From: an uncultured Acidobacteriota bacterium
Lineage (GTDB): Bacteria > Acidobacteriota > Thermoanaerobaculia > Multivoradales > JAHEKO01
Direction of reading: 5' to 3'
Length of the DNA: 64,000 nt
Assembly (NCBI GenBank): GCA_963713825.1
Contig: CAVQNG010000003.1
Span: 640,001-704,000, forward strand
Program-made: the position numbers and the translations under genes
Notes under the pieces: generated by a model
Seen by the model: the letters and a program-made list of their open reading frames with translations, nothing else
What the model was told of the DNA's origin: nothing
The model's database searches: none
Shown: positions 48,860 to 59,859 of the stretch, piece after piece
Numbering within the stretch: the stretch's first letter is position 1
Layout of the letters: every line of letters begins with the position of its first letter

Positions 48860-49346
48860 CCACGTGCTCCGAGTACTCCTCTCCGTGGTAGTGAAGGACG
48901 TGCTCGCCGATCCACTTCGCCAGGATCTCCTCGGGCATTGGCTCCAGAGTTACAGTGATGTCCTGACCCTTTCCGTCACGCTCGATGCCGAAGGTCGCCA
49001 TGCGACCGGGACGAAACGCCTTGTACTCCTGCTTGAGCTTCTCTTCGTTGGCCTCGTCATAGGGCACGCCATTGAGCGAGGTCAGAAGGTCACCCTTCTT
49101 CAAGCCCGCCTCTTCCGCTGGACTATTGGGAGAAACCCACGTCAGTACGACGCCTCCGGCCTCCTCGCTCGCCTCCATGTTGATACCGACCCAGCCCCGC
49201 TCAGAGAACTGCTCCTTCATCGCTCGCACACACTCCTCGACTTCATTCGGGCACTGCTGCCCTTTCTTGCTCTCATCCCCTGCGAAGACCGCTGGGGCCA
49301 CCAGAATCGCTGTCACTGCCATTAGGGGAAGCCATGTCTTTCTCAT
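48855..49346 (-). CDS. Secreted PDZ-domain protein
   Basis: Signal peptide; GWVGINM, VSPNSPAEEAGLKKGDLLTSLNG; GGAGG RBS. Confidence 0.85.
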   Translation of the reverse strand: MRKTWLPLMAVTAILVAPAVFAGDESKKGQQCPNEVEECVRAMKEQFSERGWVGINMEASEEAGGVVLTWVSPNSPAEEAGLKKGDLLTSLNGVPYDEANEEKLKQEYKAFRPGRMATFGIERDGKGQDITVTLEPMPEEILAKWIGEHVLHYHGEEYSEHVD

Positions 49347-49380
49347 CGAGTGCTACCTCCAGATCCTCACCGCTCGCAGA

Positions 49381-49668
49381 TCAGATGCAAGTACTGTAAG
49401 GATCGTCCGTGAGCTGGCAATCCGACGTATCCGTGGTGAAGCCCAACGCCGGCATGAAGCTGGGAAAGACGGATATGTCGTCGAGGGCGTTTCCACCGCC
49501 ACCCTGAGGTTGCGCCGGTGCATTCGCCTGTTGTTCCACCACCGGCGTAGAAACCTGACTATCGAGCACCGAGGCCGGGATGCCGGTCTCCTCACCCGCG
49601 CAGCCCGCCCCCGAAATCAAGAGCAAAGCGAGAGCGAGACCACCGACGTATCGGTACACGTAAACCAT
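49381..49668 (-). CDS. Small hypothetical lipoprotein
   Basis: Hydrophobic stretch plus GAGC lipobox; C-terminal Cys pair; ECF-like promoter upstream. Confidence 0.45.
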   Translation of the reverse strand: MVYVYRYVGGLALALLLISGAGCAGEETGIPASVLDSQVSTPVVEQQANAPAQPQGGGGNALDDISVFPSFMPALGFTTDTSDCQLTDDPYSTCI

Positions 49669-49684
49669 GTCGTACCAATGATAG

Positions 49685-49711
49685 TACGGGCCCGAGCCGG
49701 ATAGGGTTGCA
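49685..49711 (-). promoter_or_regulatory. ECF-sigma-like promoter TGCAAC-N17-CGTA
   Basis: gttgca at 49706-49711 and tacg at 49685-49688 on the plus strand. Confidence 0.4.
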
Positions 49712-49799
49712 TAGGACAAACGGCTCAGGGAGATGCAGGGAAACGCGTACCGCTCCGAGTTGGAACCAGATCTCCACCTGGCTACAGCAACTCGATCAG

Positions 49800-51200
49800 C
49801 TACGGGGCGGCCGTGGCGGACCAGGCGCTCGTATCGCCACTCTCGAAGTCATCGGCGAAAAGCGGCCCCAAATACACGAAGGTTCCTTCGTTATCGTAGC
49901 CGTTGAACGATGGGCAGCCCACAGCCGCCGTCACCCCATCCAAAGCTATTGCGTTGCCACCCGAGCATGCACCCACCGGTGGCAGGTCCGGGATCGTCAG
50001 GGACCCCGCGAGAATCCAGGTTTCGATCGTCGCTCCCATGTCGTACAGGAAGACGGCGCCATCGGTTCCGACACCCGGTGCTCCGACGGCCAGGATTTGG
50101 TTCGACAGAGCCACCGAAGTGCCGAAACAGGCACCCTGTCCGAGGCCCGTGGGCTCGATGACTGCAGACTCGGTGATCGGGGAGGCCACACCGAAGTCGA
50201 AGACCAGGACAAGACCCGCGTTGAACGCGACCTGGTCGGAAAGCGGAAAACCGATCGCTGCAGCAGCAACGATGACGCTCGGATTGTATTCCGCCGCCAC
50301 CGACACACCTTGCCCTACACCAACTTCAGGAGCCGACGGCTGCATGGTCATGGCCAGGTTGTACTTGTACCAGCCAGCCGGCTGTTGGTTGGCCGCCACG
50401 ATCACATACGCGCCGCCGCCATTGAATCCCGTCCCGTCCAGACCCTCGGTTCCAACAACGACATAGTCCGAGGCCATCGCCAGAGAGACGCCCATCCGAT
50501 CACCGTTCACCAGTCCAAAGAACTCCTCGGTGCGGCCCCATGTCGATGGGTCACCGGTGGGCTGAAAGATCGAGACCGAACCCTGTTGTGACCCACTCCC
50601 TGCCGGATCCCGGTTCTGCGGTGCGCCCACGGCAGCCACGAAGACCTTGTCATCCTTCGGGGAATTGGCCGGCTCGAAATAGTCGATCGCGACGGAGGTC
50701 CCGAACAGGTCGCCTGCCTGGGGCTCGTCCTGGACCAGCGTCGCGTCGAACTCCCAAGAACCGCCGCCCATGCGCTTGAAGATGTAGGCGGAGCCACCAG
50801 CTCCCGGAGCACCGACGATCAGATAGTCGACGTCGACGTCACCGAGAGCCACTCCGACCGAGGACCCGAACTCCTCGAAGGCGGCCTCGCTGGGCGACGT
50901 CAGCTGCTGCTTCTCGACCCAGCCACCTCCCTCACGCTGGAATACATACACGGCACCGGTGTCGAAAACCATGGGATCCGTCGCTGAGTCTTCACCAGGT
51001 GCGCCGATGACCAATACCTCGCCATCGAGCGCGACCGCGGCGCCAAAGTCAATTTGCGAACCGTTGGTGACAGGATTCGCGGCCTTCACCCGCACCGGGA
51101 TCTGGTCGAGGATGTCTTGCGCGCCCTGACCCATGACCTGCTGGCCCTGCAGGAGCGAGTAGAGGACGAGCGTCGCGACCCACCGTAGTGACGCCTTCAT
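49800..51200 (-). CDS. Secreted FG-GAP repeat (integrin-alpha-like beta-propeller) protein with a FADDFESG tail
   Basis: Repeated FG.SVA.....VGAP...G.VYVF units; GGAGG RBS; ends LFADDFESGDTSAWSATAAP. Confidence 0.88.
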   Translation of the reverse strand: MKASLRWVATLVLYSLLQGQQVMGQGAQDILDQIPVRVKAANPVTNGSQIDFGAAVALDGEVLVIGAPGEDSATDPMVFDTGAVYVFQREGGGWVEKQQLTSPSEAAFEEFGSSVGVALGDVDVDYLIVGAPGAGGSAYIFKRMGGGSWEFDATLVQDEPQAGDLFGTSVAIDYFEPANSPKDDKVFVAAVGAPQNRDPAGSGSQQGSVSIFQPTGDPSTWGRTEEFFGLVNGDRMGVSLAMASDYVVVGTEGLDGTGFNGGGAYVIVAANQQPAGWYKYNLAMTMQPSAPEVGVGQGVSVAAEYNPSVIVAAAAIGFPLSDQVAFNAGLVLVFDFGVASPITESAVIEPTGLGQGACFGTSVALSNQILAVGAPGVGTDGAVFLYDMGATIETWILAGSLTIPDLPPVGACSGGNAIALDGVTAAVGCPSFNGYDNEGTFVYLGPLFADDFESGDTSAWSATAAP

Positions 51201-51431
51201 GAGCACCTCCCGAGATTGTGGTGGCGTGATCATACACAATCCGACGGCTCGCGCTCAGTCACTGTCGAGAATCGCGGACTCGGCTATGACGGACGACATG
51301 ATGCCTCAGCAGAATAGGAAGTCGGGTTGCAGCACCGCGGGGTGTCGGGCTGTAGAGTGGCTACCAGCCCCATCCCACCCTCCTGCTTCGTTGGTTGAGT
51401 GGCCGGCGGCACCCAATCGCCAGGCGGTTGT

Positions 51432-51926
51432 TCAGAGCCTAAGCAGCAGGATGAGGAGCAGGACAGATACCAGGCTCGCCAAGCCCGTCCTTATCGAGTT
51501 CCAGGTGTTCCATCGCACTTCGAAGTCTTGGCGGGCCGCCGCCTGCGCCGTCTCGTCCATGGCGTCGATCTCGAGAGCTTGCACTGAGTTGTTCAACGGA
51601 ACGTTGATGGTGACAGTCGGCACCTGAACGCCAAAAAGGTACACGAGAGCCGCCACGATGATGAGCAGACGCCCTGTTGCATCCAGTTGTCCGAAGCCAA
51701 GCGCGGCCGCAGCCAGCAAGGCGATCACCGAACCCATCCAGACCAAGAGAAATAGCGGCTGGTTGTTCTGGATGACCCGATCCATCACCTGGAAGGCTCG
51801 GAGAAACTCCCCGTCTCCCAGGTGCCCGATGCCAGGCATCACTACCACAGCGAACGCGAATACGAACCCTGCCACCAGGGAACATAGGAGGGTCGCCACA
51901 ATCAGAGTGAGCTGAAAAATCCCCAT
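51432..51926 (-). CDS. DUF1772 (anthrone-oxygenase-like) membrane protein
   Basis: AGFVFAFAVVVMPG, FQVMDRVI, T.TINVPLNN, WNTWNSIRT; GAGGAGG RBS. Confidence 0.88.
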   Translation of the reverse strand: MGIFQLTLIVATLLCSLVAGFVFAFAVVVMPGIGHLGDGEFLRAFQVMDRVIQNNQPLFLLVWMGSVIALLAAAALGFGQLDATGRLLIIVAALVYLFGVQVPTVTINVPLNNSVQALEIDAMDETAQAAARQDFEVRWNTWNSIRTGLASLVSVLLLILLLRL

Positions 51927-52160
51927 TCTTTCGTCCTCCTCTCAGTGCAGAAGGTACTATTACATCATCACCTCACAACGGCTGTCGGCCCGCCTCTGGC
52001 CCAAATCGGTGACAGGCACGTCATTGGCCGAGGCGAGTGCGCTACCGTCCCTCAAGACGGAGAGCGGCTGCAGGGAAGCTCCAGCACCGGATGGGCCGAG
52101 ATCGAGATCTTGATAGCGCGTTGCCTCGACCAGGATCCGGGCCATGAGGCCGAGGGCTGT

Positions 52161-53879
52161 CTATTGGGTGGCCCAGAGGGGGATGGTGGACAGGTCGAGG
52201 CCCAGCAGGCGGGAGGAAACGAGAAAGAAGAGCGTCGCGATGACGACCACGCCAATCAAGTTGAGGAGCAATCCTGCCCGAACCATGTCACGAATCTCCA
52301 CCTCCCCCGACGCGAACACGATGGCGTTCGGCGGCGTAGCGATCGGCAGCATGAACGCACAGCTCGCCGACAAGGTCGCCGGCAGCATGAGCAATAGCGG
52401 ATGAACTCCCATGGCGGTAGCGGTGCCGGCGAGAATCGGCAGCAAGACCTCGGTGGTCGCGGTATTGGAGGTGACCTCGGTCAGAAAGGTCAGTAGCAGA
52501 CAGGTTGCAATCACCAAGAAGAATGGCGGCAGGCCACCGACCTGCCTGGCAAACGAGGCCGCGAAGTACTCCGCCAGCCCCGACTCCTTGAATGCCAGCG
52601 CCAGCGCGAAACCGCCGCCGAAGAGCAGGAGAATCCCCCACGGCAACTGAACGGCCGTGTCCCAGTCCATCAGGGCCGGGCGCCGACCATCCGGCTGCCG
52701 CTCTCCCGGTATCAGGAAGGTGAGCAGCGCCATGCCCATGGCGACGGTCGCGTCGTGAAGATGACCGGCTGCAAACCTGCCTGGCAGCCAGGCCTCGACA
52801 AGGCAGGCCCAACCCGGAATTCGGAAGGTCCCTAGATCGAGATCCCCGCGGGTGATCCACAGCAAAGCGGTGATGACGAAGATCCACAGCATGCGGCGCT
52901 CGGCGCCGCTCATGGTTCCCAACGCCCTGATCTCCTCAGCGATCACTCCCGGACCCGAGGAGCTCGAGCCTCTCGGAGCTCGACACCCGAAGAGGCGGAC
53001 AAGAAGAATCCAAGCGATGGGAAGAAGGACGATCACGACGGGTAGAATGGCGAAAAACCAGCTACCAAATGAGATGGTTGGCGCCTCAGGGAAGAGAATC
53101 TCCGAGATTCTCAGAAACGAGATGTTCGGCGGTGTTCCGATGGGAGTGGCCAGGCCACCGATCGAGGCGGAGTAGGCAATGCCGAGTAGCAGGGCTGGTG
53201 CAAAGCCCTTGCCGCGGTCCCCATCGACCTCGCGCAGCGATGCGACCACAGCCAGGGCGATGGGCAGCATCATGAGGCTAGTCGCCGTGTTCGAGATCCA
53301 CATCGACAGAAAGGCTGTCGCCACCATGAATCCAAGGACCATTCGGGACGGATTGGTACCGAAGATCTGAACGATGTGCAACGCAATGCGTCGGTGCAGG
53401 CCCCAGCGCTGGATTCCCAGAGCCAGGATGAAGCCACCCATAAACAAGAAGATGATCTCGCTGGCATAGTTGACGGCCGTTTGCTTGCTCGTCAGCACCC
53501 CAAAAACCGGGAACAGGACGAGCGGCAACAGAGAGGTGGCGGGGATGGGTATCGCTACCGTGATCCACCACGAGGCCATCAGGACCGCGGTTGCCAGAGT
53601 GGCCCGGGCCACACGTGGCATCTCGCTCAAGGCTGGCGCCAAGACCACCGCAGCGGCAACGCAGAGAAGCACGGCCGCAACGAGGACCGACTTCCGATGC
53701 TGGCGCCGATAGATCAGCAGCGCCAATGCAACCAGCACCATCGCGGGAACGGTCCACACGAGAGGGCGGGCCCAGGCAGCGGCGAGCCACGGCGCCAACA
53801 GGACGCCCGCAAACCCGCAGAGCCCAACCAGGAGCCCGACCGACTTGCCGAGGGGGTTTGGCTCCCCTATCCGTGCCAT
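52161..53879 (-). CDS. SLC13/DASS family Na+:anion (sulfate/dicarboxylate) symporter
   Basis: IFLFMGGF, LSMWISNTAT, SIGGLATPIGTPPN, TEVTSNTAT, SCAFMLPIATPPNAIV. Confidence 0.92.
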   Translation of the reverse strand: MARIGEPNPLGKSVGLLVGLCGFAGVLLAPWLAAAWARPLVWTVPAMVLVALALLIYRRQHRKSVLVAAVLLCVAAAVVLAPALSEMPRVARATLATAVLMASWWITVAIPIPATSLLPLVLFPVFGVLTSKQTAVNYASEIIFLFMGGFILALGIQRWGLHRRIALHIVQIFGTNPSRMVLGFMVATAFLSMWISNTATSLMMLPIALAVVASLREVDGDRGKGFAPALLLGIAYSASIGGLATPIGTPPNISFLRISEILFPEAPTISFGSWFFAILPVVIVLLPIAWILLVRLFGCRAPRGSSSSGPGVIAEEIRALGTMSGAERRMLWIFVITALLWITRGDLDLGTFRIPGWACLVEAWLPGRFAAGHLHDATVAMGMALLTFLIPGERQPDGRRPALMDWDTAVQLPWGILLLFGGGFALALAFKESGLAEYFAASFARQVGGLPPFFLVIATCLLLTFLTEVTSNTATTEVLLPILAGTATAMGVHPLLLMLPATLSASCAFMLPIATPPNAIVFASGEVEIRDMVRAGLLLNLIGVVVIATLFFLVSSRLLGLDLSTIPLWATQ

Positions 53880-53944
53880 GGACGAAGGATACTAGGTAAC
53901 TAACCAACCGCGGCCGTGCAATCGCCCCTAGGCAGCTCAGCCAA

Positions 53945-53979
53945 TTGACAGATCGCTAGTTTTTGAGTACTCTAAAACT
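53945..53979 (+). promoter_or_regulatory. Sigma70 promoter (TTGACA-17-TACTCT) overlapped by a DtxR/MntR-type palindromic operator
   Basis: agtttttgagtactctaaaact (53958-53979) is a near-perfect palindrome directly upstream of the DtxR gene. Confidence 0.75.
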
Positions 53980-54021
53980 CGGCGCTTCGACACCGATTCA
54001 TTCAACGTCATCGAAACGATC

Positions 54022-55056
54022 ATGATCAATCCGTACCTCGCACTTCTGTGGGTGATCGGCCTGACCTTGCTGGCTGTCTACCTCCTGCGGCCCGATCGCG
54101 GCCTGCTCTGGAAGCTCCTTCGAGCCTCGAAGGCGACCGAGCGGGTGCTCATCGAAGATGCGCTCAAACACCTGTTCGACTGCGAGTACCGACAACAAGT
54201 GGGCACACTGCAAAGCCTGGCCGGCGTCTTGGCCATCTCGGGCAACCGCGCTGCCGAGCTCCTAGCGAGCCTCGAAGAGCAGGGGCTCGTCTCCTCCGGC
54301 GAAGGAGGCTACCTGCTGACCACCAAAGGCCGGCGACACGCTCTGCAGGTCATCCGCATCCACCGCCTCTGGGAGCGGTACTTCTCGGACGAGACCGGCT
54401 TGGAGCCCCGCGCCTGGCACCAGGAAGCCGAGTTTCGAGAGCACACCACGACTCCGGCCGAAGCGGAGGCCCTGGCCGCCAAAATGGGTGATCCCCCCTT
54501 CGATCCGCACGGCGACCCCATTCCCACGGCCACCGGCGAAATGCCGCCCCAGCAGGGCAGGGCGCTGACCGAGCTGCCGGTTGGGGAGCTGGCCGAGATC
54601 ATCCATATCGAGGATGAGCCCGAGGCGGTCTACGCTCAGCTGTTGGCCGAGGGCCTCCACCCTGGAATGAGGGTCCGAGTTAACGAATCGACGCCGCGGC
54701 GCATACGGTTCGAAGCCAACGCCGAAGAGATCGTCCTGGCACCGGTCCTGGCAGCAAATCTCTCGGTGGCTCCGTTGCCAGAAGAAGTCGAGATGCCAGG
54801 ACCCTTCGAGCGACTCTCGGGGCTGCCGTTGGGCGAGCAGGCTCGGGTCGTCGCCATCGCGCCAACACTGCGTGCCCCCGAGAGACGACGGATGCTGGAC
54901 CTCGGCCTGATACCGGGCACGGTCGTCGGAGCCGAGCTGCGCAGTCCCAGTGGTGATCCCACCGGATACCGCATTCGTGGCGCCGTCATCGCCTTGCGAC
55001 GAGACCAGGCCGACCAGATCCAGATCGAGCGGCTCGAGGCGGGCGCCACCTCATGA
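54022..55056 (+). CDS. DtxR/MntR-family metal-dependent regulator with an N-terminal TM helix and two FeoA domains
   Basis: [31 protein letters not shown]; two FeoA-like units (GLHPG; [11 protein letters not shown]...[17 protein letters not shown]). Confidence 0.88.
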   Translation: MINPYLALLWVIGLTLLAVYLLRPDRGLLWKLLRASKATERVLIEDALKHLFDCEYRQQVGTLQSLAGVLAISGNRAAELLASLEEQGLVSSGEGGYLLTTKGRRHALQVIRIHRLWERYFSDETGLEPRAWHQEAEFREHTTTPAEAEALAAKMGDPPFDPHGDPIPTATGEMPPQQGRALTELPVGELAEIIHIEDEPEAVYAQLLAEGLHPGMRVRVNESTPRRIRFEANAEEIVLAPVLAANLSVAPLPEEVEMPGPFERLSGLPLGEQARVVAIAPTLRAPERRRMLDLGLIPGTVVGAELRSPSGDPTGYRIRGAVIALRRDQADQIQIERLEAGATS

Positions 55057-57311
55057 GCCACTCTCCTGCCGACTGCGCCACCTGCCCGGCCCATAACCTT
55101 CCCAACTTGGTGAAGCTGGGCGTGGACATGGAGAACTGGGACTACGTCGTGGCCTTGGCCGGCAATCCGAACACTGGCAAGAGCACGGTCTTCAACGCCC
55201 TGACCGGATTACGACAGCACACCGGCAACTGGCCCGGCAAGACGGTGGCACGAGCCGAAGGTGGCTTCTCGATCGGGGAAGCGCGCTACAAGCTCGTGGA
55301 TCTGCCCGGGACCTACTCTCTGCTGTCCACCAGCGTGGATGAAGAGATCGCCCGCGATTTCATTCTCTTCGGTAAGCCCGACGTCACGGTCATCGTGGTG
55401 GATGCGACCCGATTGGAGCGCAACCTGAACCTGGTGCTCCAGGTTCTGGAGATCACCGATCGTGCAGTCGTTTGCCTCAATTTGATGGATGAAGCAAGGC
55501 GCAAGGGGCTGGAGATCGACGACCGCCGACTGGCGCGCGATCTGGGGGTGCCTGTCGTTCCCACGTCGGCTCGGTATGGAGAGGGTCTCGAGGAGCTGAA
55601 CCGGGTCGTCGCAGAGATCGCCAGCGGCCAGCTGGTAGGCAAGCCCCGCAGGGTGGGTGGGCAGTCTTCCGCCCTCAAGAAGGCGGTGGGGCAGTTGACC
55701 AGGGAAGTCGAAAAGGCCTACCCCGGCCTGCCGAATGCGCAGTGGGTGGCACTGCGCCTGCTGGATGGTGACGCGAGAATTGCCGAGGCCTTCCGTACCG
55801 GCGAGCTCGGTGAGCTCCAGGAGCCGCATCTACTCTCGGAAATCGCGACCGGGGCTGCCCCGCAGCCAGCTTCCTTTCCGGACAACGCTCGACCTGACAC
55901 AGAAGAGATCTTCGCTCTAGCGGCGAGCCTTCGATGGCAGGTTGGCAAGGACTTTCACCAAGAGTTGATGGAGCTCATCTACACGGAGGCTGCCGGCTTG
56001 GCCGATCGGGCCGTTCATCGAACGGGTGAGAAGCCCCGCTTCGACCTGGACCGGGCGATCGACCGCCTGGTGACCAGTCGCGTTCTGGGCTTTCCCTTGA
56101 TGCTGGCTCTCCTTACCGGGGTGTTCTGGATCACGATTGCCGGTGCCAACGTACCGTCGAAGATGCTGGCAACCCTGTTTCTCGACAAGCTGCACCCTAT
56201 GCTGAAAACTGCAGCGACCGCCGTCGGAATGCCCTGGTGGCTCGACGGTCTCTTGATCGACGGGATGTACATGGCAACGGCCTGGGTCGTCAGCGTCATG
56301 CTGCCACCGATGGCGATCTTCTTTCCGCTGTTCACCCTGCTGGAGGATTTCGGCTATCTGCCGCGCGTCGCCTTCAATCTAGACAAGACCTTCAACCGGG
56401 TAGGGGCCCACGGCAAGCAAGCGCTGACCATGGCCATGGGCTGGGGCTGCAATGCCGCCGCCATCGTCTCGACCCGCATCATCGACAGCCCCAGAGAGCG
56501 GCTCATCGCGATCATTACCAACAATTTCGCGCTTTGTAACGGCCGCTGGCCAACCCAGATCCTGATTGCCTCGATCTTCATCGGCGGACTGGCGCCTGCC
56601 TATCTCGCCGGCCTCATCTCGGCCCTGGCGGTGGTCTCCGTCGCGGTCTTGGGAGTGGTCCTGACGTTCGCCACCTCCTGGCTGCTTTCCCGCACCGTTC
56701 TGCGCGGCGAGGTCTCCACGTTCAATCTGGAGCTTCCTCCCTACCGCCCCCCCCGTTTCTGGCAGACGATCTACACCTCGATGATCGATCGAACGCTGGT
56801 CGTACTCTGGCGCGCCGTGATCTTCGCCCTACCGGCCGGAGCCGTCATCTGGCTGCTCTCGAACATCCAGGTCTCCGGGACGAGCCTGGCGCAACACATC
56901 ATCGGAGCCATCGATCCCTTCGGCCTCGTCGTGGGGTTGAGCGGCATCATACTGCTGGCCTACATCATCGCGATTCCCGCCAACGAGATCGTCATCCCGA
57001 CCATTCTCATGCTCACCGTGTTGGTGACCGGCGTGGAGGGTGTCGGAGCCGGCACCGGGGTCATGTTCGAGCTCGACAGCCTGGAGGCTACGACCCGACT
57101 GCTCCAGGCCGGGGGATTCACCCTGCTCATGGCCGTCAACCTGATGCTCTTCAGCCTGGTCCATAATCCCTGCTCCACGACGCTCTACACCATCTACAGG
57201 GAAACCCGCAGCGCCAAATGGACCACGGTCTCGGCGCTCCTACCCCTCGGCATGGGCTTTGTGCTCTGCTTCGTCGTCACCCAGATCTGGCGTATCGTTG
57301 CCGGCTCCTGA
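55053..57311 (+). CDS. feoB: Ferrous iron transporter FeoB
   Basis: [49 protein letters not shown]; ATGA overlap. Confidence 0.95.
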   Translation: MSHSPADCATCPAHNLPNLVKLGVDMENWDYVVALAGNPNTGKSTVFNALTGLRQHTGNWPGKTVARAEGGFSIGEARYKLVDLPGTYSLLSTSVDEEIARDFILFGKPDVTVIVVDATRLERNLNLVLQVLEITDRAVVCLNLMDEARRKGLEIDDRRLARDLGVPVVPTSARYGEGLEELNRVVAEIASGQLVGKPRRVGGQSSALKKAVGQLTREVEKAYPGLPNAQWVALRLLDGDARIAEAFRTGELGELQEPHLLSEIATGAAPQPASFPDNARPDTEEIFALAASLRWQVGKDFHQELMELIYTEAAGLADRAVHRTGEKPRFDLDRAIDRLVTSRVLGFPLMLALLTGVFWITIAGANVPSKMLATLFLDKLHPMLKTAATAVGMPWWLDGLLIDGMYMATAWVVSVMLPPMAIFFPLFTLLEDFGYLPRVAFNLDKTFNRVGAHGKQALTMAMGWGCNAAAIVSTRIIDSPRERLIAIITNNFALCNGRWPTQILIASIFIGGLAPAYLAGLISALAVVSVAVLGVVLTFATSWLLSRTVLRGEVSTFNLELPPYRPPRFWQTIYTSMIDRTLVVLWRAVIFALPAGAVIWLLSNIQVSGTSLAQHIIGAIDPFGLVVGLSGIILLAYIIAIPANEIVIPTILMLTVLVTGVEGVGAGTGVMFELDSLEATTRLLQAGGFTLLMAVNLMLFSLVHNPCSTTLYTIYRETRSAKWTTVSALLPLGMGFVLCFVVTQIWRIVAGS

Positions 57312-57413
57312 CCCCCGCCCGGAGAGCCCCGACAGACTCTAGGACTCCACAAAGAAGGTCCAGGGGGGCGTGCTATTCTGATTTCGGTCGCACCCCCGAA
57401 TCCCACAGCCGAC

Positions 57414-59291
57414 GTGCGTATCGCCTTGAACAGCGAGACTCCAGCCACCAGCAATCTCACCCACTTGTCGCTGCGCCTGGCGACACTGCTGGGACTCGGC
57501 CTGACTCTAGCCCTGGCAACGGTCTGGGGCACGAAACCGCTGATTCACGACGATCTCTTCTTCCATCTGTCGACCGGCGACTTCGTCGTCGAGAACCACA
57601 GCGTTCCCACCACCGATTCCTTCTCCTTCACCCGCACGGGTGAGCCCTGGGTCAGTCACGAATGGGGCTTCGGCCTATTGGCCTACGGTGCCCATGCCTT
57701 GGGCGGGGACCGGGGGCTGGTTGTGCTCAAAGGCCTACTCGTCCTGACTATCGCGGTCCTGTTGTTCCTGCTCATGCTCCGGATGGCTGGTCGAGACCGC
57801 TCGAAGTTCGCCGTCTATCTCGTCCCCCTGCTGGCTCTTGGATTGTGGTCGATCGAGGATCAGTTGGTGCTGCGCCCCTCGCTCGTGAGCTGTCTGCTCC
57901 TGCTGGTGTTGCTTCACCTGCTTCTGACGTTCGATCGGGCCGCCAACGGGTGGGTCTTCGGCGGCATCGTCGGCCTGTTCCTGCTGTGGGGAAATCTGCA
58001 CAGCGAAGTGCTTTTCGGTCTCTTCGTGCTGGGCCTCATCATGCTGGAAGCCGTGCTGGGGAGACTGCCGGTGCTCGCAGGCTCATCCTGGGGGTCCTTG
58101 CTTCGAGCCTCGCCAGATAGGCCTTACGTACGGCTTTTCGGACTCTCGGCCCTTGCCACCCTGATCAATCCAAATGGTGTTCAGGTTCTGCTCTATCCCT
58201 TTCGCGTGGTGCGCTTTCTCTCCCTGGGCGGAATGGACCTCGAAATGGGCCATTTCACCGGCGCGACCCCCGAATCACAGCCCGCTTTCTTTCTGTTGCT
58301 CATCCTGCTTCTGGTGGCTCTCCTGCCGCTGCGCGAGCAGCTGCGCAAGGTCTCCCTGACCCAGGTCGCCGCGGTCGGCGTCTTTCTACTGCTCTCCTTG
58401 AGCTCTCACCGCTTCATCTTCTACTTCACCTTGCTGGCCCTGCCCACGATGGCCATGCTCTTCGAGCCGGCCATGCGATGGCTGGATAACTCGAAGCACT
58501 ACCGGCTGATTCGCAACGGCCTGCGCGCAGCGGTCCTGGTACTCGTAGGAGGTGCCCTCGTTACCAGTTGGCAAAGCATCCCTGAAGGGTCGTCGGTCTC
58601 GAGGCATTTCCCCGGCGGTGCCGTCCGCTTTCTCCAGGAGGAGGGGGTGAGTGGGAGGATTTTCAATCACCAGAACTACGGTGGATACCTTCACTGGACA
58701 CTGCAGAAACCCATCTTCTGGGATGGGCGGGCCCTTCTGTTCGAGCCGCTGATGCGTCGACTCCCCGGCACTCCTTTGGAGGAGGCCACCGCAGAATGGA
58801 ACCTCAGCCATCTCCTGATCACCGAGCACGAATTCAAGGACCTTGCCGTGCAGTTGACCAGGGATCGCTGGGGTCTCGTCTACTGGGACGACTTCGCAGC
58901 CCTCTATCTGCGACGGCTACCCCGATTCGAGGCCTTGCTCGAGAGTCGCGAGCTGACGGTCCTGCCACCCTTCGGTGGCGTGACGGGACTCAATCTGATC
59001 GCAAGAGACTCCACCGCGGCTGCGGCGGCACGGCGGGAGTTGGATCAGGTCCTCGCATTCGAGCCTCAGTCCCAAAGGGCCCTCTACCTCGAGGGGTTGA
59101 TCAGCTACTACCGCCAGGAGCTTTACCGGGCCGAGGAAGAGCTCGCGGCAGCAGCGGCCATCGGCCCGAACTCCTATGTCCTGTCCAGTCTGGCCGACGT
59201 CCTGGCGGAGACCGGCCGCGGCGAGGAGGCGACGCGCCTGCGGCGCCAAGCCATCGATGTCGATTCGAGCCCTGTTTCCAACAAGGAGTGA
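57414..59291 (+). CDS. Polytopic membrane protein (GT-C-like) with a C-terminal TPR-like region
   Basis: DDLFFHL..G...P.TDSFSFT.....W..HEW, LRP, WGNLH, INPNG, FN...YGGYL...IFWDGR. Confidence 0.7.
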   Translation: MRIALNSETPATSNLTHLSLRLATLLGLGLTLALATVWGTKPLIHDDLFFHLSTGDFVVENHSVPTTDSFSFTRTGEPWVSHEWGFGLLAYGAHALGGDRGLVVLKGLLVLTIAVLLFLLMLRMAGRDRSKFAVYLVPLLALGLWSIEDQLVLRPSLVSCLLLLVLLHLLLTFDRAANGWVFGGIVGLFLLWGNLHSEVLFGLFVLGLIMLEAVLGRLPVLAGSSWGSLLRASPDRPYVRLFGLSALATLINPNGVQVLLYPFRVVRFLSLGGMDLEMGHFTGATPESQPAFFLLLILLLVALLPLREQLRKVSLTQVAAVGVFLLLSLSSHRFIFYFTLLALPTMAMLFEPAMRWLDNSKHYRLIRNGLRAAVLVLVGGALVTSWQSIPEGSSVSRHFPGGAVRFLQEEGVSGRIFNHQNYGGYLHWTLQKPIFWDGRALLFEPLMRRLPGTPLEEATAEWNLSHLLITEHEFKDLAVQLTRDRWGLVYWDDFAALYLRRLPRFEALLESRELTVLPPFGGVTGLNLIARDSTAAAAARRELDQVLAFEPQSQRALYLEGLISYYRQELYRAEEELAAAAAIGPNSYVLSSLADVLAETGRGEEATRLRRQAIDVDSSPVSNKE

Positions 59292-59294
59292 GCC

Positions 59295-59794
59295 ATGATG
59301 CGAATATTCTTTCTGGTGACCTTCGTAGCCAATATCGTGTTGACCCTGGTGTCGTGGGTGATCCTGCCCGACACCGTGGCGATCCACTTCCGGCACGATG
59401 GCATGCCCGATGGTTGGTCCCCTGTCTGGTTTCACGTTCTCATCTTCCTGGGAATGCAACTCGTCCTGTTCGTGACGATCTATCTCGGCTCCAAGCTCAA
59501 ACTCGGACTTCCTCGCGCTGGGCGAACCTGCCCAACAAGGACTACTGGCTGCGGGAAGAGAATCTGCCCAAGGCACAGGAGGTGGTCAGATCGACGATGC
59601 TGGAGTTCGGCACCGCCATGATGCTCTTTCTCTTCGTCGTCGGCATCCTGACGCTCAAAGCCAACCTCTCGGACCCCGTCAGGCTAAGCAACGAGTTCTT
59701 CTGGCCGAGCTTCGTCCTGTTCATGGCCTTCGTGGTCTATTGGTGCGCGAAGCTCCTCTTCCTGTTTCGGGTACCAAGAGAAGATCTCTCCTGA
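59295..59794 (+). CDS. DUF1648 membrane protein, one frameshift near 59515
   Basis: LPDTVAIHFRHDGMPDGW followed by NLPNKDYW in the next frame; AAGGAG RBS. Confidence 0.75.
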
Positions 59795-59859
59795 CGCCGA
59801 GATCGACCATCGGGTGCCCGAAGCCGCCCCGGCTGGCATCGCTGAATGACGGCTGGAGG

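Noticed and set aside
51335-51385. Structured ncRNA between the DUF1772 and FG-GAP genes
   Set aside because: A single imperfect GC-rich hairpin, adequately explained as a terminator or chance pairing.
53890-53910. Second DtxR box (ctaggtaactaaccaa) before the DASS gene
   Set aside because: Spacing does not fit the 19-bp DtxR consensus and it does not resemble the clear palindrome at 53958-53979.
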